Below are positions 45,044 through 50,505 of a stretch of DNA of 50,505 nucleotides, one piece after another. The notes below the pieces were generated by a model. That model was not told the origin of the DNA. It did not search any database and was given only the letters and a program-made list of their open reading frames with translations. A program made the translations under genes and the position numbers. Source of the DNA: Octopus bimaculoides (lineage: Eukaryota); NCBI RefSeq assembly GCF_001194135.2, contig NC_068986.1:93315453-93365957 (forward strand). The letters are read 5' to 3'. How positions within the stretch are numbered: position 1 is the stretch's first letter; each line of letters opens with the position of its first letter.

Positions 45044-45795
45044 TGGCTAACACAGATTTGTTGTATAGCTTTCAAATAGACAAAACACTTTCTCTCCTAA
45101 TCCAACTTCTCACAGTTGCAGAAGAAAAGGATTTCAATCTTCTGGCTGAAATGCCAGTATTTTAAAATATTAAATGTCAGACAAAAACTGACCTTAAAAA
45201 GAAACTAGACAGACAGGACAGCAGAAGCATAAAGACAATAGATTATGTGTCAAATATTGCTCACTAATTTGATTGGCTTTTGAGATGAAGAGTAGAAATC
45301 ACAGATTAAGAGGTATTTCATGTGAGATTTGAATTCATCATTTAAGCTGAATAACTGGAGATCAACAGGAAATGGAATGAAATATATGAGTGCAGAGAAT
45401 AAGAAACCATTGTTGTGATGTCTAAAGTTTGAAAATGAAGTGGTCTGGAGAAAAAGTGGGTAAGAACTTTAATGTGATGGAGGTTAGGGTCACAGTTAGT
45501 TTAACAAACCTCAATCAAAATTGAAGCATTTGAATTAAGGGAGCCATCTGTGAATAATTTTAACTGCTTTTCAGTTGCATGATGCAACACAATGATAGGT
45601 TGAAGGAAAGCTTCACAACAATAAAAAGTGTCACAATCAGCTGAGGTGAGAAGGTGCCAACTTAATGAGTGAAGAGTGAAGAGTTGGTATCCCATTGCCA
45701 GAAAAGCTCTGTGTCCCTGTTATTGAAAATAGCTTACATTGTATAAATATGTATCATTGATAAGAACATTGCAGTAAGCAGTAGGAGCACAGTAT

Positions 45796-46023
45796 CATTA
45801 ACAAGTGTTTTCTTAGCTCGCAGAGCTGAGGCATACAATTGATACATGGATATGAACAAATCATTGCAGAAGGTGCTGGCAGCGTAACATCATTAACAAG
45901 TGTTTTGTTAGCCCACAGAGCTGTACAGAATATGATTTACCTGTAGCATGAGTAGGAAAAAGTCACTGTAGTAGGGAGCAGGACCATAGACATTAACAGG
46001 TGTTTTGTTAGCTCAGAAAGCTG
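45796..46023. repeat. Three copies of a 33-bp core separated by 62- and 67-bp diverged spacers
   Basis: cattaaca(a/g)gtgtttt(c/g)ttagc...gctg at 45796, 45891 and 45991 (29-30/33 identical to the middle copy). Confidence 0.85.
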
Positions 46024-46704
46024 TGAATTTGAGCCATGACTGAAACCCTCATTACCTTCTAACACCCAAAATATCATCACTGTTCAATCAGAGAAGATAT
46101 GAAATAAATGATAGGAGATTCTAGAAAGTGTAAACTTTCCAGTTTCTATTCACTTTTTGTTTATGTCTTCTGTTGTAGGTGTACACTGGTTAGGGAAATA
46201 TTCTTCAGTGTTCATAACTTAGGCAACACCATATCCTTATGATCATGTTCATTTTCTTCATCTTCATGATTATCAACTTTTCCATATTTTCATTTCTACA
46301 GGAGTTAAATACTATTTCATATTTTCTTTATGGCTGAAAATACAGAAAAAAAAAAAAATGAAATCAATTCTGAAGAGAAAACAACATGAAAAAAAAAACA
46401 AACAAATCATTCATATCTAAGAACAACAGCACTTGTTTTTTAACTCTAGGTCAGCCTGATTAAAAAGCTCTATGATTGATCATACCAGCTGTAACCATCC
46501 TGTCTCTCTATCAAGACTACATCACACAAAATGGGCCCCATTTTTCTTTAAAACAAAGTTTGATTTGAGGGAGATTCGATAGCTTTTTCTTGTAGTGAGT
46601 TTGAGGTGGTGCAACACCACTGCATTTATATATCTTTATACTTCTTTAAAACTGTCACATATTGGATCCATGACAAACTAGTCACGGATCTAGTAATTGT
46701 TCAA

Positions 46705-46896
46705 TAGATGGCACATAAAATACACCATTTTGAGCGTGGCCATTGCCAGTACCGCCTGACTGGCCTTCGTGCGGGTGACACGTAAAAGCACCCACTACAC
46801 TCTCTGAGTGGGTGGCGTTAGGAAGGGCATCCAGCTGTAGAAACTCTGCCAAATCAGATTGGAGCCTGGTGTAGCCATCTGGTTTCACCAGTCCTC
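46705..46896 (+). mobile_element. RTE 3'-UTR fragment
   Basis: gatggcacataaaatacaccattttgagcgtgg...gccatctggtttcaccagtcctca. Confidence 0.85.
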
Positions 46897-47118
46897 ATTA
46901 CCCTCACATAAAATCATACCATCTTATAAAAAGAAGGAAACAGTATAAAGTAGCTTGTACATAGCTTGCAGATACTCTAAGTATGAAAAATAAAAGTGTG
47001 GTGGTCATAACTGGAATACATTTGATCATGTCTACTTGACTGGTCGTGGTTTGTGGTTAAACAACAATTATATTTACTTCCAACTTTGGTACGAGGCTAC
47101 AAATTAGTAACAAAAAAT

Positions 47119-47485
47119 GTAGCTTGCTTACCAACCACATGGTTCTGGGTTGAGTCCCACTGCATGGCTCCTTGGACAAGTGTCTTCTATTATAGCCTCG
47201 GGCCGACCAAAGCCTTGTGAGTGGATTTGGTAAATGGAAACTGAAAGAAGCCCATCGTATGTATGTATATATATGTGTGTGTGTGTGTTTGTTCCCCCCA
47301 CCATCGTTTGACAACCGATGCTGGTGTGTTTACATCCCGTAACTTAGCGGTTCGGCAAAAAGAGACCGATAGAATAAGTACTAGGCTTACAAAGAATAAG
47401 TCCCAGGGGTAGATTTTCTCGACTAAAGGCAGTGTTCCAGCATGGCCACAGTCAAATGACTGAAACAAGTAAAAGAGAGAGAGAG
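47119..47485 (+). mobile_element. SINE family A, 5'-clipped
   Basis: Colinear with 22498-22890. Confidence 0.88.
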
Positions 47486-48407
47486 GTACCTAATGTATCA
47501 ATTACCACTAGTCACCACTAATAAGGGAGCCTTTATGTGTGATCAGTTGACAGCTAGAAATAGCAACCAAATTTCCCTCAAAATATTCTTTGCTGTATTA
47601 TTAAAAACATGGAAGGGAACATCGAATAATTTAGTATTAGATTTATTATTTCTGGATGGTTATAGCTGGAAAGCCTTTTGATTAAAGGCCTGAACTTGGG
47701 CTGATTTTAAGCCAAGCAAGGAATTATAATCAGTACAGCTCTAAGAAAGCTTACCTGCATCTATACTAGAACCTTCACCACTACCACCACCACAGTTACA
47801 AATACTACAACAACAACCACCACTACTTCTACAACCACAGTCATCACCAGACTTTAAACCAGTTATGTGCACCACTGCAGAACTTTCTGCGAAACATTAT
47901 CTCGAATTGTTTGTTCGGAGTGGGTCTACCAGACGAGCTAGGTTTCATGCAACAGGCTTCTTGTAAAAGATTGCTTGTGCTTGCCTCTACACCAAGTTTT
48001 AATGTGGTAAAAATAGCAGTCAAATCTCCCTCCTATCTTCCACTGCCTTGGGAAAGAAAAGGGACTCCAGAATAATGCTGTCCCATATTCACCCGTAAAA
48101 AAGGTGAGAAGGTAGTGGTAAGAACGTCGGATTTGATTTATGGTTCTGTTCAGTTAGGGCTGACCTGGGGGGAGGGGGAGGGGGGCTAACACCACCACCA
48201 CCAACAACAACCACAACAATATGACATCACCACAACCATCATCATTGTCACTACCGTTACCGCTACCACCACCAACAACAACAACAACGTCACTGTATCA
48301 CCATCACCACCACAGCAACAATGCATTAAAAAAAGGTGAAAAAATATGGGATAAATCTTCGAAAATGAACCAATTCCATTAAAGTGTCTCAATATTATTT
48401 TACAAAT

Positions 48408-48750
48408 AGACGCAGGAGTGGCTGTGTGGTAAGTAGCTTGCTTGCTTATCAACCACATGGTTCCGGGTTCAGTCCCACTGCGTGGCTCCTTGGGCAAGTG
48501 TCTTCTACTATAGCCTCGGGCCGACCAAAGCATTGTGAGTGGATTTGGTAGACGGAAACTGAAAGAATCCCGTCGTATATATGTATGTGTGTGTATATGT
48601 TTGTGTGTCTGTGTTTGTCCCCCCCCCCAGCATCGTTTGGCAACCGATGGTGGTGTGTTTACGTCCCTTTAACTTAGCGGTTCGGCAAAAAGAGACCGAT
48701 TGAGTAAGTACTAGGCTTCCAAAGAAAAAGTACTGGAGTAAAAGAGTAAA
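48408..48750 (+). mobile_element. SINE family A with a deletion in the tail
   Basis: agacgcaggagtggctgtgtggtaagtagc...gtactaggcttccaaagaaaaagtactggagtaaaagag. Confidence 0.88.
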
Positions 48751-50180
48751 CCAGTCTCTCACCTGTTATTCTTTCTCTGCATTCTGTTTGTTGCTGGTAT
48801 TGAACCTGCAAACACGGATTTCACCGGATAATCGTAATCATCCAAATGTTAACTGTTTGGTCTTTGGTCTGGATCAGCCTTGATCGAAATAATCTAAGAT
48901 GAAAAGCATACCAGCTGTGAACATTCCACCATTCTCTACATCAACTACAAGTGTCTCTTCTGTCCTTCCTTTACATGATGGCAGACTGTGATTCGAGGGG
49001 GATTTGGCTGCTGTTTCTAGCAAGTCATTGCCTGCATTGTCCATCGTGTCCTTCCTTCAGAAGACATAGAGTGTGACTTGAGGGAGATTTGGCTGCTGTT
49101 TCTAACAAGTCTTGCGACCACAGAAGCTTCTCCTATTCGCCATCGCTATTGTGGTTTAAGCCACGTGAACCCTAATTTTACGATCATAGGTGTTCCAACC
49201 GTGACCATCCAGTCTTTTACTCAGACATTGTTTATCTAGGACTACATTATTCAAGTGTTCTCCGTTTTCCTTTTAGACGATGGCATGATTCGAGGGCGAT
49301 TCGGCTGTTGTTTCTAGCAGCTCAAATAAGCACATAGAGACTCCTTGTTTAGTTCGTCTTTACGTTGTTATTGAAATCGCTACTGTTGGCCCCCTGGTTA
49401 ACCCTATGATCAGTCACTCCAGCCGTGGCAGTCCCGCCTTTTAATCAGAGTAATACATTATCTAATGTATTTTCTCCTTAAGATGCTAGTGTGTAATTTG
49501 AGGGACATTTAGCTGCTATTACTAACAAATCGATGACCCTTGTTTGCTCCATTCCAACTAATGTTAATGTTGTTGCTGTTTTATAGAACATCAGTTTCTC
49601 TCCTCACAACAACAAATAACAAACCGAAAAAGAAACTACAGGTTAGACTAAACTAAGCGATATATCACTGACATAACCAAGAAAGAAAGTTTGAAATCTA
49701 TACGCGGTTTCGTAAAAAAAAAAAAGATAAATTTGAAGACATATTTTGGAAGAAAGGAGCTTGGAAGAACCCCCGCTACTTCGTAAAACATGAAATTATA
49801 TTACTTCACCTACGCTGTTAATTGCTTTATTAGTCGATGTAGAATTACATTGGCACAAACATGTCCGTATAGGACAACATGCTGTATTTAGTTACGGCCC
49901 TTTACTCTTAGCGATTTAATCATTTTAAGGTTGATATAACAAAATATTAATGAAGTGTTATGTAACATCAAAGAGTGGATGGAATTTAGTTGAAGACTAA
50001 GAAGAACACTAATGTTATTGAATTTAATTTTTTCATCTTTTGCATAGTTTCGTATTAATTTTACTAAGTTATCCCACATTCCTCTACTTACTACCGCATC
50101 ATCGTTTATTTCTCGTGACTTTCATTTTTAGATCTCTTCCGTTTGTTTTTTTCCTTATTACTTTCTTTTTTTTTTCGTTT

Positions 50181-50409
50181 TTCTTTATTGCCCACAAGGG
50201 GCTAAACATAGAGCGGACAAACAAGGACATCCAAAGGGATTAAGTCGATTACATCGACCCAGTGTGTAATTGGTACTTAATTTATCGACCCCGAAAGGAT
50301 GAAAAGCAAAGTCGACCTCGGCGGAATTTGAACTCAGAACGTAACGGCAGACGAAGTACCACTAAGCATTTCGCCCGACGTGCTAACGTTTCTACCAATT
50401 CGCCGCCTT
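50181..50409 (-). mobile_element. SINE family C (alternative-tail variant), well preserved
   Basis: Minus strand aaggcggcgaattggtagaaacgttagcacg...gttctgagttcaaattccgccgaggtcgactttgc...ttgtgggcaataaagaa. Confidence 0.92.
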
Positions 50410-50505
50410 ATTACTTTCTGGTTTTGTTCAGTACATTCCTTATGATTTTTTTTGTCTTCTGATCGAATGTGGATTTATTTCAGTGAACCCACACCTCGAG
50501 CTTAT

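Larger units (their letters stand above)
46440..49540. mobile_element. Cluster of unclassified family E copies in both orientations
   Basis: Core gagggagatttggctgctgtttctagca or its reverse complement at about 46565(-), 47555(+), 48008(+), 48990(-), 49076(-), 49287(-) and 49495(-). Confidence 0.65.

Noticed and set aside
45501-45695. FTDGS motif suggesting RNase H
   Set aside because: Isolated 5-residue match with no other RNase H catalytic motifs in frame

Overview
AT-rich, repeat-dense eukaryotic scaffold window with 12 N-gaps (about 4.9 kb, roughly 10%). The repeat complement and a KRAB-less C2H2 array point to a coleoid cephalopod, probably Octopus (inference only). One intact protein-coding unit is well supported: a minus-strand 7-finger C2H2 zinc-finger exon (43715-44452). 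The rest is mostly decayed mobile DNA: RTE-clade LINE fragments (including YADD RT and a C4HC3 PHD-type finger inside the RT), two Penelope-like element relics (RT, GIY-YIG, a possible hammerhead remnant), a mariner (DD34D-type) and a DD37D/maT transposase relic, candidate MITEs, at least four tRNA-derived SINE families (my labels A-D, not database names), one unclassified family (E), and many micro/minisatellites. I cannot demonstrate a new multi-gene system. The most unusual structures are: a telomere-repeat palindrome TT(AACCCT)5(AGGGTT)4AA; an 89-bp x6 satellite built from a SINE tRNA head; a strictly 16-bp-periodic array that folds back on itself; the PHD-in-RT LINE; several long inverted duplications that could give dsRNA; a pre-miRNA-like hairpin; and an orphan 91-aa ORF with a good splice acceptor. 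Repeat boundaries are by eye (about +/-20 bp unless a TSD or TIR is quoted). All homology calls come from motif recognition, not database searches.
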